Source: Octopus sinensis (lineage: Eukaryota). Taken from it: a DNA stretch of 64,000 bases. The notes under the pieces were generated by a model. That model was not told the DNA's origin, did not search any database, and saw only the letters and a list, made by a program, of their open reading frames with translations. Of this stretch, positions 13,781 to 26,640 are shown in pieces. The translations under genes and the position numbers were made by a program. Position 1 is the first letter of the stretch, and the number at the start of each line of letters is the position of its first letter. Where the stretch lies: NCBI RefSeq assembly GCF_006345805.1, contig NC_043009.1, positions 18,104,001-18,168,000 on the forward strand. The letters run 5' to 3'.

Positions 13781-14190
13781 TACTCTTTACTCTTTTACTC
13801 TTTTACTTGTTTCAGTCATTTGACTGCGGCCATGCTGGAGCACCGCCTTTAGTCGAGCAAATCGACCCCGGAACTTATACTTTTGTAAGTCCAGTACTTA
13901 TTTTATCAGTCTCTTTTGCCGAACCGCCAAGTGACGGGGACATAAACACACCAGCATCGGTTGTTCAAGCAATGCTAGGGGGACAAACACAAACATACAC
14001 GCATACATATATATACATATATATACATATATACGACGGGCTTCTTTCAGTTTCCATCTACCAAATTCACTCACAAGGCTTTGGTCGGCCCGATGCTATA
14101 GAAGAAGACACTTGCCCAAGGTGCCACGCAGTGGGACTGAACCCGAAACCATGCGGTTGGTAAACAAGCTACTTACCACACAGCCACTCC
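13781..14190 (-). mobile_element. SINE family B, near full length
   Basis: Tail (ctctttta)n-cttgtttcagtcatttgactgcggccatgctggagcaccgcc through head ...acttaccacacagccactcc; collinear with 27304-27717. Confidence 0.92.
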
Positions 14191-14317
14191 ATATTGTTAA
14201 TGATTCTCGATATGTATATATAGGGTAAAGACTCAAACCTAAGCAGACGACTGGTGAGCTCTGCCGGTAGAAATTGTAATTATAGATTAAGTGTAAAGAT
14301 TTTTGGAATTTCGTTAG

Positions 14318-14369
14318 GAGAGGAATTTCCGCTCGTCCGGACAAAGAACTTCTTCAGGAAGTAAGAAAA
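14318..14369 (+). other. Candidate short exon of an unidentified gene
   Basis: tttcgttag acceptor, open frames (e.g. RGISARPDKELLQEVRK), tandem gtaaga/gtaagt donors. Confidence 0.2.
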
Positions 14370-14731
14370 GTAAGTGTGTGTGCACGAGCGAGTGTTTGTG
14401 TTTGTATGTGTGTGTGTGTGTGCGTGTGTGTGTGTGTGTGTGTGTACTTCCTACTCATTGGATCTGGAAAAAGAAGCAGTGCCTACAGCCTTCGCAGGCG
14501 CCAATGATCTGTAGTAATTGCAAAGTCAACAGCTTCAGGAAAAGACATAAGATTTGGGGAAATTCCAAAGGATTGATTTTCTGAGGAGATGGATTGGGAG
14601 TAATGGTTAGTGTAGGATGTGGGTTTAAGGACTCAACATAGATTGCGGAAAGAGAAGAGACGAGTGGGTGGAGGGTACCTGAGTGGTGGTGGTGGTAAGA
14701 TACCTGTTAGCTCCGACAAAGACAGACCATT

Positions 14732-14771
<40 letters not shown>

Positions 14772-15086
14772 ACAGAACGCCTGCGGTGTGGTGTGGTGTG
14801 ATGATGTGTATGTTCATATGTGTATGCGCGTGCCCGTGTGTGGGTATGGGAGAGAGAGATAATAAATAGCAAGGGATTATCAATCCGGGTAAAATACTTC
14901 ATAAGCTCTCTGTCGGCTCACCAAGCTAACAATATTACTTCAATCAGTAAAGAACTCCAGGTAATCGTGTGGGTAGGGGCCAAGGTTACGGTTCATCACA
15001 ATTCTATATTGTAAATATTCTATATTGTAAACCAGACAAATTGGTTTTTACACATTCCTTCAGTGCTCTGCTTGTTAAACCAAAAA

Positions 15087-15211
15087 TGGCTCTGATGAAA
15101 GCAGCATTAATTTTCTTAAGTCGTTTAATCTTTCGCAGTTGATCAATAGACCAACTGAATAATTTTATCTGTAATGTACCTGTAATGACTACTGGAAACA
15201 GCTGTAAGCCA
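15087..15211 (+). ncRNA. Minimal hammerhead-like motif with long insert
   Basis: tggct-CTGATGA-...ctg-GAAAC-agct-GTA-agcca; perfect 5-bp helix I, palindromic helix III. Confidence 0.6.
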
Positions 15212-15310
15212 AATTTGCCTCAATAAAAGAAAATTATGTAATGACCATTATTTTTAACTTGCTTTCTTTTGTACACACACACACACAACACACACACACA
15301 CATACACACA

Positions 15311-15353
<43 letters not shown>

Positions 15354-15379
15354 TTATGTATGTATTTATGTATATATAT

Positions 15380-16998
15380 TATGGCTGCGGAATTTAAAGA
15401 TTAATTAATCGATTAATCGTTAATTTATTTTAACATTAAATTTTTGTTTTAACAATTAATTTTTTTTAATCGGTTTCTATTTAATTTTCTGCCTATCACT
15501 AATGAACGTGCCGGAAGTCGGGAAGCAATAGAAACAACAGTAAAATGGCGTCGGAGAAGAATTGAGTTATGAAATATAAACCTATGTCAGGTGGATTACA
15601 TGAACATTTTGGACTTATATTGTTGGCTGGCGGTAATATAATATCAAAACTGTTGATATCGTTTACTGCATCCATTGCGACAATATCAACAGTAGAAGAC
15701 GATGGCCTTCAGCAAGTATTGCGTACAGCGCTTCAAAATGCCGAATATCAACTACCTTGCCGGCGCACTATTGATAAAATATTGGCTGATATCTATAACA
15801 GCAAAAGAGAAAGTGTTAAAGAAGCAGTGAAAAGTTCAAAGGCAATTGCGCTAATGTCTGATTTTTGGACATCCCTAGGTAATGAAAGTTATGGCGGAAT
15901 CACCGGCCATTGGATTGCTGATGACTGGAATTTAATAAGTATTATTCTTGAATGTGTGCATGCTGTTGAACGTCACTATTCTAACAATGGTGCCAAGTTA
16001 TATAAAGAATTTGTAAAAGACTGGGATATAACAAAGAAGATTCAGGTTCTAGTAAGAGACAATGCACGAAATTTGGTTTCAGCTGTTAATCAAACTGGTT
16101 TTGCTCATATTCCGTGTTTGGGTCATAGCCTGCAGATGAGCATATTGCATGGGTTTAAAGCCGCGGAGACAGAAACATTGTTTGTTAAATGTCGAAAAAT
16201 CATAGGAGATTTTAAACTGAATTGCAGAATTGTAGTGACTCAGCATTGTGTAAGCTACAGCAAAATATTCCAACAAGATGGAACAGTACTTTGCTAATGC
16301 TGCAGAGTCTGCTGCAGGCGAGAGAAGCAATAATAATCTACATGTCAGACGAAGAGAAGCAATATAAAGGTCCAAAACTGTTCGATTCTGATTGGGAAAA
16401 GATTTCAAAATGCATCAACGTTTTAGACTTATTCTGTTAGGCTCCGATCGTGCTTGGCGATGAAACATGTGTCGTGTATCAGTGTATTGTCACTGTTATT
16501 GTTTTTGACAAAGCACATGACTGTAAATGATGATGATCCAGGTTATATAGCCAGATTCAAGGCAGCATCTGTTAATGGCTTCAGCAAACGTGTAACTGAT
16601 ATGGAAAGTATTGAAATATTACAGATTCCAACAGCACTTGATCCACGATATAAAAACTTGAAGTGTTTATCAGACGATTCAAAAGAACAAACTTGGTTAC
16701 TTGTTGGACAACAAATAGCAGTTGATGTTAATGATGATCGGTTGAAGACTAATGCACAAGATGATACTAACAGTTTCAATAAAACTATATACGAACCTAT
16801 TGAAAAGCGTATTGAGCTGAAGGACTCAGACTTAGAAGAGGGTGTTGAAAACGCTTCTGATGAAGTGCTGCGATATAAAATGGAGAAAGAAGTTGCTGAA
16901 TCAATTGATCCACTACAATGGTAGAAACTTAATGAACATCGATATCGTAAATTGGCATTTTTTGTCAAGACTGTCCTGTGCATACCAGCTACCTGTTG
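15380..16998 (+). mobile_element. hAT (Ac/ZBED-like) DNA transposon relic, 3'-truncated
   Basis: 5' end rich in gattaatcg motifs; frameshifted ORFs with SDFWTS, RDNARN, PCLGHSL, TRWNST and a hATC-like PLQW...VLCIPAT. Confidence 0.9.
15569..16995 (+). pseudogene. hAT transposase pseudogene (ORF pieces 15569-16297, 16222-16440, 16454-16924)
   Basis: Catalytic-domain motifs spread over several frames with stops; BED finger region appears deleted. Confidence 0.88.
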
Positions 16999-16999
16999 C

Positions 17000-17284
17000 G
17001 TTACCAACCTTGTCTCCACTCTTTTGCCTTTAAAAACCCACTTTGCTCTGTTTTCGTAAACATCCGCCTTTCACCATGTGCAACTCGTAAACACCAGTCG
17101 TCTTTTTTCTCTTTCCCTGTTGCCCGCTCTGGGATCTTTCTTTCCTCTCTCTTCCTTCTTTATGTTTCCGACGAAGAGCTCCGCTCGAAACGTCATACCT
17201 CCCTGCTTCCTTTTCCTGAGCGCCTATTAATAATAATACTGTAATTGTTCCATTGTTGTTGTTTTTTTGTTTCCCGTTTGGATT

Positions 17285-17290
<6 letters not shown>
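17000..17290 (+). mobile_element. Penelope-like pLTR fragment with ultraminimal hammerhead variant (17164-17197)
   Basis: ttt-CCGACGA-a-GAGC-tcc-GCTC-GAAAC-GTC; core nearly identical on the minus strand at 51633-51667. Confidence 0.6.
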
Positions 17291-17357
<67 letters not shown>

Positions 17358-17358
17358 C

Positions 17359-17433
<75 letters not shown>

Positions 17434-18304
17434 CATACATACATACATTCATACATACGTACAAAAATACATACATACAAACAAAGTACATACGTTCATA
17501 TGCATGTTCATAAGTGTGTACAAGTTTATACGCGTGTGTGCATGTATGTATGTCGCTTGTAGGTTTAACTTTTTAATTTCAAATTCTGGCAGAATCAATT
17601 TCATTGAATTTACATCACAGATGTCATTAAAAGAGAAGATAATGTTCCTTCTTCACATCACCAAACAGACCTGTGTAGAAAGCACGAGATACTTTGTATT
17701 GAACCTAAATACTCAGATATTCACCACATTATGAATGTTATATAACCCTACTGGATAGAGAAAAAGTTGCTGTTTAGCCCCAGGTGAGTCAGAACTGAAC
17801 AGACCTATAACTGAAAAGTTTCAGCTGTGAACAGCCCGTCTTCTTGTAAACCCGGGGCTAAATTATGCACTACATCCTTCTTTTTAGACAGCAGGGAATG
17901 TCTTGAGAGTGATTCAATTGTTATTTATTGCAGATCCTGCGACATCATAAAAGGTTCCTTCATTGGGTCGATGTGGACCAAAATATAGTTTCAGAAGATG
18001 TCGATACCATATTGATCCCGTCATGAAGAATCTGTTGCCTTTTCTCAATCATTATTATTAACATAATCTCACACCTCACTGAATCGCAGCTCACAATATT
18101 TCTCTACTTTTTCTAATCTGACTCATGCCAACACCGACCATAATTAGCCAAGTAGTGCAACTAGCTGACTATATGAAACACACATATGCACAAGCACACG
18201 CACTTAGACTCAAAAAGCGGAGCTTGTCACGATTCCCAATGTCATATAAGTAACTCGGAGTACAACACTCCTCTCCCACTGACATGACGTCGGATCGTCG
18301 CAAG

Positions 18305-18465
18305 GCTAACTTCCCAGCTATTGCTGGAATTAATTTACAGCTGAGTGAACTGGAGCAACGTGAAATGATGTGCTTCACTCAAGAACAAAATGCACGCACG
18401 CCCCGAGAATCGAAATTACGATTTTACGATCGTGAGTACAACACTAGGCCTCGCAACTTCACAAA
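18305..18465 (-). mobile_element. SINE family D head/central fragment, degenerate
   Basis: cagctgagtgaactggagcaacgtgaaat...ctcaagaaca homologous to 24155-24280. Confidence 0.75.
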
Positions 18466-18624
18466 TACAAGATCAAAGCTCGGATAAACGGTTTCAATTT
18501 CAAGTTTCAATAAATCCCACCGCCCTGCCTTTAGTATCGCGTAGTCTTCTCTTTCTCTCGCTTACCCAAACATCTATATACGCACAGCAACACAAGCACA
18601 CACACACGCGCGCGCGCATGAATG

Positions 18625-19020
18625 CATAAATGTACATATAAACTTATATATGAATACATACATCCACATACACTTATATATTAATGATGTATACAAATAC
18701 TTAACAGATATAAATAATACTGAAGTATACATAAAGCAAACACATGCAGACAAATATATTAATATAACAAATTTCAAAGGGTACAACATTAAAGTTGATA
18801 CCGCTCTGCTAAACGTAGAAAATTTTTGTGCCACTATTGGCTACAAATACAGAGTTTTTCCGATTTTTAAACTTCTGTATCTTTTTTCTCCATTTTTTTT
18901 CTCCACGACATCATACCTTCATAGCAATGAGACTGCAAGACTACATTATTATAGCCGATTTTCAGATATTTTACTTCCTTTTAAAGAATGCCTATTTTGC
19001 GAATGAAAAAAACTAGATCC
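18625..19020 (-). mobile_element. Left end of the GGATCT-terminal (Merlin-like) non-autonomous element
   Basis: Reverse complement of 48188-48660; ends in ttttgcgaatgaaaaaaactagatcc. Confidence 0.8.
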
Positions 19021-19234
19021 AAGCTATGCTTATGCATTTATATATTACCGCCCTAAAATTTGAATTCTCTCTTTTCATTATACCCTTTACCCGAAGAAAA
19101 TTTTTGTTATATCTACGAAACAGTTATTCCTATAACTTATTTTGATTGAATAATTTGTTTCTCAATTTATTCATTAAAGTTTGAGTCTGAAGCGTATACA
19201 GGGTTTATTCAAAGGGAGATGGTATTGAGGGGGG

Positions 19235-19296
19235 GGGGCTAAGCACGTCAGAGGCTCCCTCCCGCAGAGAGGGGGGACTATGACGTGCTTAGCCCC
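19235..19296. repeat. Short GC-rich hairpin (16-bp arms)
   Basis: ggggctaagcacgtca / tgacgtgcttagcccc. Confidence 0.8.
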
Positions 19297-19455
19297 ACCC
19301 CCAATCTAGTTTCAGGCCCTACAGTTTGAGAATTTCTGCTATTCCCTCTTGGAAGAATGCAGTTTGTATGTACAAAACGCCGCAGCCTTTGTAGTGTTTG
19401 TAGACAGTTGAAAACAATACTTTTAACAAAACAATAAAAAAACGAAACATAGAAA

Positions 19456-19810
19456 TGGTAAGTAGCTAGCTTACCAGCCACATGGTTCCGGGTTCAGTCT
19501 CACTGCGTGGTACCTTGGGCAAGTGTCTTTTATTATAGAGCCGACCAAAGCTTTGTGGGTAGATTTGGAAGACGGAAACTGAAAGAAGCCCGTCGTATAT
19601 ATGTATATATATATGTGTGTGTGTGTTTGTCCCCCCACCCCAACATCGCTTGACAACCGATGCTGGTGTGTTTACGTCCCCGTAACTTAGCGGTTCAGCA
19701 AAAGAGGCCGTTAGAATAAGTACTAGGCTTACAAAGAATAAGTCCTGGGGTCGTCGATTTCCTGACTTCAGCATGGTCGCAATCAAATGGCAGAAACAAG
19801 TAAAAGAAGA
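19456..19810 (+). mobile_element. SINE family B
   Basis: tggtaagtagct...gttcagtctcactgcgtggtaccttgggcaag...cagaaacaagtaaaaga. Confidence 0.9.
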
Positions 19811-20137
19811 TTATCCCATTTGTGGACAATTTTATCAAGTTTTAGACACTCAAAAGATCTGATGTCGCTAAAGAGGCAAATAGATTGTTTCTTTTGGTTT
19901 AGTGGGCAAAACGCGTATGTGCGTGAGTGTGTATAGATACACACACACACACATTGACTATCTCTGGCAACGAAAATCTTCTCGGTTCACGTGTGTGTGG
20001 GGGGTATACACAGACACGTGCACACACACACACACACACATAGAGAGAGATTTATGGTAATGGTAACGCGCGCGCACGCTCACACACGCAATATATCAAC
20101 AGAGATAAAAATTAACAAGTCATTTTATTCCCCCCAG

Positions 20138-20168
20138 TCAAGAATGAGTTTGTGAATTCAGGGAAAAG
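20138..20168 (+). other. Candidate 31-nt exon of an unidentified gene
   Basis: ttttattcccccag acceptor and AAG|gtaaga donor; only one open frame (KNEFVNSGK). Confidence 0.3.
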
Positions 20169-20739
20169 GTAAGAAAAAATGTCCATCATTGGTATTTTGA
20201 GCTTAGAATTTTAATTTTTCCGAAATATACATTCAGAAAGGCTTTTTCAGCTGAGAAGATTCACGGAATAATTTTTGTTTTTCTTTGAGCAAATTTTCCG
20301 AAAGTTTACCCTGAAATCGTTTTGTGTTTAACTGAAAAGGCATAACTTTGAAGAAATTAAAAAAAAGTATGTTTGAACTGAAATCTCTTCAAGTTGAATT
20401 TAAAAATACATAAATTTTCAGAAATTGCTATGCTTGTGCCCACATCAAAGTCTGTCGACGGATCCGAGAATGGAACCAGAGTACTGACCCTAAAATTTAT
20501 ATATTTAAAAAACTTTGTTTCTTATGCCACAAACGTCTCACCCTGTCGTTACATATATCTTTTATCTTTTACTGATTTCAGTATAAATTGTTGGTTAAAT
20601 CGTTTTTATTCAACCGACATAAGTGTAAAATCACTCAACGAAGTATACCTTTAGTTCAGTGTACTACGGAGTGTTTGTACAATAATGAATCACTGCCGAA
20701 AAATAGAACTGAAATAGAACATTGCTAAACAGAAGAGAA

Positions 20740-22500
20740 ATGCAAACGAAAAAGTTTCGCAGCTCAAGGTAGGTAGTATTAGTTTTGCAGAGTCTTTGAC
20801 ACCCTCATCGGATGATCTAGGACAGGTCGACTGCCAACCAGTGCAGCCAGTTTGATCCAAAGATTTATGGAAGTCAGAAACGTGACTTCTCGTCAAGCTA
20901 TACCGGCCGGCCGTGGTTAGAGTATTCTCTTTCAAAGAAAGTCTTGTTTTGTTTTTCTTGTCGGCACTTTAACACTTCTTCTCAAGCAGATAGTTGCTTT
21001 ATTAAATTTGGATATTATAACTGGCATCACACAAAAGAAAAAAAAGTTTGAATAATCACACAAACTCTGAAGCTTATATCCAAGCTATAGTTAGATGGAG
21101 GGAATGCAGACAGCGTTTATTCACAACATATCCGTGTCTTTAATTTTGCAAAATGATGAATTGAGCAAAAACTGTTACTATATCAATTCATTTGTTGATA
21201 TTGTGCATTTCCTATGCACAAACAAATTTCCTTTTCGAGGAAACGAAAATTAAGCTTTGGAAGATCTTTATTTGGAAGGTGAGACGTAGCCTTGTGATCT
21301 TTTCATGAAATTATTCCAATATACATTAAAGACTCAAAGCTAATGGAATGTTACAGCACAATTTCAAAACATACGACTTATACCTCAGTAGCAATGCAAA
21401 ACGAAATCATCGAATTATTGAGGGGACACACTGTCAGCTTTGTTGTCGATGAAATAAAATGTTCTACTGTTCTTTACTTTACGCTGAAATGTGATGGAAA
21501 TCGTGATTTGAGTAATACTGAAAATATTACGATTGTTATTAAGGTACTTGAAAAACGGCAGGGTTCTGGAAAACTTAGTTGCAATGCCAACTACTCGACA
21601 TTATGATACTGAAATATTGATCCATTTATTAATTAAGAAATTAACCAACCTTGGCATTGACCCAAAGCGTATGTTGTCACAATGCTATGATGGTGCTCCT
21701 GTGATGCCTGGCATAATAGGTGGCGTTCAAAGAAAGATTCAGAATCTACTTGAAAATCATATACCCTATGTTCATTGTCTTAATCATCGGGCCATCTTGT
21801 CATGGTTAACACAATAAAGCAAATTCCGGAGTTAGCTACGTTCTCCGACACCGTTAATATTCTTCATAATTTTATTAAACGGCCAAAGATAGCTAGTCTC
21901 TGCAAAGGATTGAAACTGGAGCATAGGTGATCTGGTCATTTCAGTGCCATTGCTTCTGTAATAGAAAATCACTCCAAGATTGTTGGTTTGCTAACCGAGT
22001 GCATAGATTCATCAGATTCAAAAACGTGTATTGAGGCAACTGGATTTTACACCAAGTTCATTCCAAAAGGCTTGTTTTTCTAGCCCTTGTTCTTAGCAAA
22101 TTTCTACATATAATTAGGCCAATAGACAAACAGCTTCAGAGTTACAATTGTGATACACACCATGCCCTTGAGCTTCTTAAGTTTGCCAGGAGTGAAGTAA
22201 CCAAACTAAGAGACTCTTTAATATTTGATGAAATTCTGAAACAAACGAGTCAATTGGATGTTATTAAGGAACGTATGCGCCGAAAATCTTGCGGGTTCCA
22301 TCGTTTTTCAGATTATGTTGTTGAAGCCCTGCTATCATTACAAGATGACTGGATAATCTTTCACCGCAAAATTTATTTCGCCATCATCGATAAAAGCTTG
22401 GGAGAGCCACATTTTCAGAGCAAAATGACAGCATATATTCTTCCTTGGCAAGTCTACTACCAATGTCCGAGATATTTTTTTGATCTTGATACTTTAAAAC
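20740..22500 (+). pseudogene. hAT transposase relic with TTF-type zinc finger and DUF4371 (ZMYM1-like) domain
   Basis: WLEYSLSKKVLFCFSCRHF (20914-20970), FPFRG, QNEIIELL, QCYDGA, YVHCLNHR; many stops and frameshifts. Confidence 0.88.
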
Positions 22501-22509
22501 CTTTTTTTG

Positions 22510-23265
22510 GGGGGGGGGGGTCCACACGGATTTTATGTAGTGGGTTGGTAGAGTCTGAATGCGACGATGGTCTGGGGGCGACTCTAGGTCTCGGGTTTAT
22601 TCAACTGGACAGCCTGTTTCACCGTACACTCGGGTTGAGAACGTTGGACAATGCTACAGAGGTGCCCTGCCCGTTTGGGATAAGCTCGCAAGACATGGTA
22701 AACGTCAGTCCCCGACCTGTCCATGATGCGGGGGGGGGAGGGCAGGGAACCGTCTCTCACGCTATTGTTCAGTGTCCGGAGATAACTGAAATGTGGGCTT
22801 ATGCGGAACACCTGTGGTCCGGCGAAGGAAGAGTACAGCTGTCGACTGAGTCAATTATAAAAATTGACCCACCGGGAGTTTTAACGAACGAAGGTAAGAA
22901 TTGTTTTCTCACGGTTATAGCAATAGCGAAAGAGGCTGTATGGAAGACTAGGATAAAAGGAATTAAGACAGGCAACTTTATCTCTGGCCACAATTTACGA
23001 TCTTTTTTTCTTTTCATTTGAAAAGGAAACTGTGACTGGAGAAGAGGTGTCTGTCGGAGTGTACGTTCCAAAAGAGATGGAAGCATGTTGCACGAGTGTT
23101 ATGCGTGCAAGGAACCGTGTGAATAGACGGAAAAAAAGGGGAGAAAAAAGGTACCAGTGGTAGATCGGGGCTTGTGGGGTCGGAGCCTGATCATCGCTTC
23201 ATTTGTATTGTCTTTGTATAGTTAATTCCATTCGGTTTTTTTATATATTGTATTTAAATTTTTAA
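22510..23265 (+). mobile_element. L1-clade (Tx1-like) LINE 3' fragment
   Basis: QCYRGALPVWDKLARHG..SPTCP*CG...TVSHAIVQCP (zf-RVT/CCHC region), AKEAVWKTR, then a T-rich 3' UTR. Confidence 0.8.
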
Positions 23266-23359
23266 AGTCACATTATATGCAAAATCATATCGCTTCACTG
23301 ATCCCATCAGTTGTTCTGTCCATTTCTATGTTTGGCCCCAGGTGGATAATAAATAAATT

Positions 23360-23545
23360 AGTATTTCGTCTGTCTTTACTTTCTGAGTTCAAATTCCGCC
23401 GAGGTCGACTTTGCCTTTCATCCTTTCGGGGTCAATTAAATAAGTACCAGTTACGCACTGAGATCGATGTAATCGACTTAATACCTTTGTCTGTCCTTGT
23501 TTGTCCCTTCTATGCTTAGCCCCCTGTGGGCAATAAAGAAATAAA
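23360..23545 (+). mobile_element. SINE family C fragment
   Basis: ttctgagttcaaattccgccgaggtcgactttgcctttcatcctttcggggtc...taagtaccagttacgcactg. Confidence 0.88.
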
Positions 23546-23751
23546 TATATATTTTCCTAGTGTAGTTTTATACCTTGATAAACCCCTGATTATTTACATG
23601 AGCTAATTCTTTCACGAGCTAATCCTTTCCCTCCTCCTCCTCCTCTCCCTCCCCCTCAAGCCTATATGAATTGCTAACATTTTTCTACATTGCTAAAACT
23701 TCGAAGTCACAGTCAGCGATTTAAAAAAACCCAAATATTTGACTTGATTAC

Positions 23752-23813
<62 letters not shown>

Positions 23814-23816
<3 letters not shown>

Positions 23817-23958
23817 AAGGTTGTCCCAAAAGTTCGTAGAAAGTCTTGGAAAATAATGGTCTTTATTTTGAGGAATATTTTTTGTTGTTTTTGTTAGTAC
23901 TTGGCAAGTAAAAATTCAATTTTCGCAAGTGTTTACGAACTTTTGGGACAACCTAATA
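23814..23958. mobile_element. Mariner-type MITE (about 145 bp)
   Basis: TIRs aggttgtcccaaaagttcgta / tacgaacttttgggacaacct in TA context. Confidence 0.85.
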
Positions 23959-24283
23959 ATAAGACTCCGCCGGTTACGACGACGAGGGTCCCAGCTGATA
24001 CGATCAACGGAACAGCTTGCTCGTGAAATTAACGTGCAAATGGCTGAGCATTCCACAGACACGTGTACCCTTAACGTAGTTCTCGGGGATAATCAGCGTG
24101 ACACAGACAGTGACAAGGCTGACCCTTTGAAATACAAGTACAACTCATTTTTGCCAGCTGAGTGGACTGGAGCAACGTGAAATAAAGTGTCTTGCTCAAG
24201 GACACAACGCGTCGCCGGGAATCGAACTCACAACCTTACGATCATGAGCCGAATGCCCTAACCACTAAGCCACGCGCCCTCAC
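23959..24283 (-). mobile_element. Full-length SINE family D with 15-bp target-site duplication
   Basis: tRNA-like head gtgagggcgcgtggcttagtggttagggc...gagttcgattccc; TSD tgggacaacctaata at 23944-23958 and 24284-24298. Confidence 0.93.
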
Positions 24284-24553
24284 TGGGACAACCTAATATC
24301 TATCTAACTAACTAACTAGCTATAAGAAGGCAGCAGGATTTGGATAAATACTGTTTGCTGAGCGCTTTCGTTCTCCTCGGGGGTTCAACATGAATTGTAA
24401 GCTTTCAATTTCTAATGAATCCCTGAAGGGAATGAAAGCGCTCATTAAATAGAATTTATCCAAATCCTGACTACCTTCTTTATTTGTAAATAAAATCTGT
24501 AAGCCACTACAAACGATCTACACACACACACACACAACACACACACACACACG

Positions 24554-24627
<74 letters not shown>

Positions 24628-24635
24628 TATATACA

Positions 24636-24790
24636 CACGAGATCTGATCAAAAAGTATCAGGAACTGTTGCTGTTGTAACGGAGCTAAAGTACTAAAGTA
24701 GTCAGAGTGAAGCCGCTTGGCACAGATCATCATTGACCTCTGTCACGCATGCACACGAAGTTGTAACGTTCTTGTTGAAGATATTAACAT
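24636..24790 (+). mobile_element. Mariner left-end fragment (family of 37015-37819)
   Basis: cacgagatctgatcaaaaagtatcaggaactgttgc...gtaacggagctaaag...gagtgaagccgcttggca. Confidence 0.7.
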
Positions 24791-24984
24791 TGGCAGATAA
24801 TCTAGAAAGTCTAAGTGAAATATTCCTAACTAAATTCCTTGTAATAACCTTAGAGTGATTACTGAAAGAGTTAATATATATTAAATTAGTTGACGCTTTA
24901 TGGTATGGGAAATATGAATCTTAGTGCATGCCGTTAGCTTTCTATTCTCCCAAACTCTCGTTGTCAGTTTAGCTGGTATTAGGT

Positions 24985-25340
24985 GTGCTCTTACAATATT
25001 TTGTTTATCTTACACTTTAGAGAGAGGTTGTCCATGATAGTGGCCCCGAGAAAAATAATCTTGTAGACTACTTCCAGCTCGCAGCTGCTAATGGTAATGG
25101 TAGGCCCAACACTTCTGTCTTCAGTCTCATGGTCAAGCCGAAGTTTGGGCAGATGTCCCTTAGAGAATCCCATCACATCCGAGGATCGAGGCATGGACAC
25201 TGAGAAAATTGATAGACCTATTCAATCTATGGAGTCGGAAGGAAAATTCGGATCTGCTCCTATTTCGCTGGGCTCCACCAACTTGAGCGCAAAGACAGCA
25301 TCATGCTCTCTAGTCTCATCTAAACTTGGCAACTAGTTAT
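24985..25340 (-). pseudogene. RTE-type LINE reverse-transcriptase C-terminal fragment
   Basis: PTITISSCELEVVYKIIFLGATIMDNLSLKCKINK resembles the RTE LEVV..F.YLGS.I..N.SLD.EIN motif. Confidence 0.55.
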
Positions 25341-25384
25341 CAGTGTTGATGTTTGGTTCAATGTTTGTAAGCAGAAGCAGAAAA

Positions 25385-25874
25385 TACCATTCATGAAAAA
25401 TTTGCAAATTGCTTCTTTGTTTTTGATAAAAGACGTATACCAACACAACACTTTTTCTCTACCAAATAAATGTCCCACACCAGCGTTTGTTTCCACGCTT
25501 TAAAGATACCCAGGTACTCTCAGTTTGTTGATTACACTCAATTTGGTGGTTACACTCCTTGTGCGCATGCGCAGCATCTTTGGTTACTATGGAAACAGAG
25601 TTCTTCGCTACCAGCTCTGCAATATGTGGTGCTTCTTTGCTTTGGTTACTATGGAAGCAGAGTTCTTCTCCACGGTGATGTGTAAAATTCTCGCTTCTGA
25701 TCGGCTAAAATACCCAAATTTTGCCAAATTTTAAAGGCTAATAATTTTTTAATTATCGATTTATAGGAAAAATGAATTTCATTTTCATAATTAGTATAGA
25801 AAACTTAATCCATATACCAAATTTGAAAACAATTGGAACAAAATTGTAAACAGTGACGAAAACCACAAAGATCC
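25385..25874. mobile_element. Second GGATCT-terminal non-autonomous element, one-ended
   Basis: Ends in gaaaaccacaaagatcc; about 230 bp closely matches 49790-50021. Confidence 0.7.
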
Positions 25875-26239
25875 AGCCCTTAGTTCCGCCAATATTTCAA
25901 TTTTCAATGTTTAAATTTGTTATTAAAAGCCTTTTAGAAGATTTGTCAACAAAGTACACCATGTGGTGTGACACTTTTGAAATTTAGTCAATATCAACGT
26001 GTGCGTGTGTGAGTGTGTGCGTGTGTGTGTGCGTGTGTGATGCAACAACACACACACTTATAGACATGTACTCACCAACACTCATACGTACACACAAAGC
26101 AATACCAAAGCACTCACACATTTGTCACCTCGCCTCTCACCACCAAATCTTACTGTTGCTAACCTGTCAGACCACTCCCTTACACATACATCAATCACTT
26201 AAATACAAAGACACACGCACACGCACACACACACACACA

Positions 26240-26500
26240 CACAGAGGCTATTTTCGCACTCTCCTGCCTTCAAAAACTATTTTCTCTATTTCTCTCCACT
26301 TCCAGTCACTTCAGTCATGTGACCACAAACGTGCTTTTGGACTATTTTCCCCCTGCCTCTGGACCATTCCTCTTTCCTCTTTCTGACGAAGAGCCATGCT
26401 TGAAACATTCGACCCCACCTTCTTTTCCCAGCTTAAACTGAACGTCAACTGTGTACGTGCTTTTGCTGTTTTGTTTTTATTTTTATCCTCGATTTACCTA
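26240..26500 (+). mobile_element. Penelope-like pLTR fragment with degenerate hammerhead core (26378-26412)
   Basis: ttt-CTGACGA-a-GAGC-cat-GCTT-GAAAC. Confidence 0.5.
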
Positions 26501-26526
26501 TACATACATACATACATACATACACG

Positions 26527-26576
<50 letters not shown>

Positions 26577-26640
26577 ATATATATATATACATACATACAC
26601 ACACACACATATATATATATGCATATATATATATATATAT

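Noticed and set aside
22254-23021. 255-aa ORF as one gene
   Set aside because: Chance read-through across the junction of a hAT relic and a Tx1-like LINE piece
24200-24283. tRNA gene (also 26870-26940 and the family B/C heads)
   Set aside because: tRNA-like A/B boxes continue into SINE bodies with a TSD or multiple copies; no proper acceptor stem
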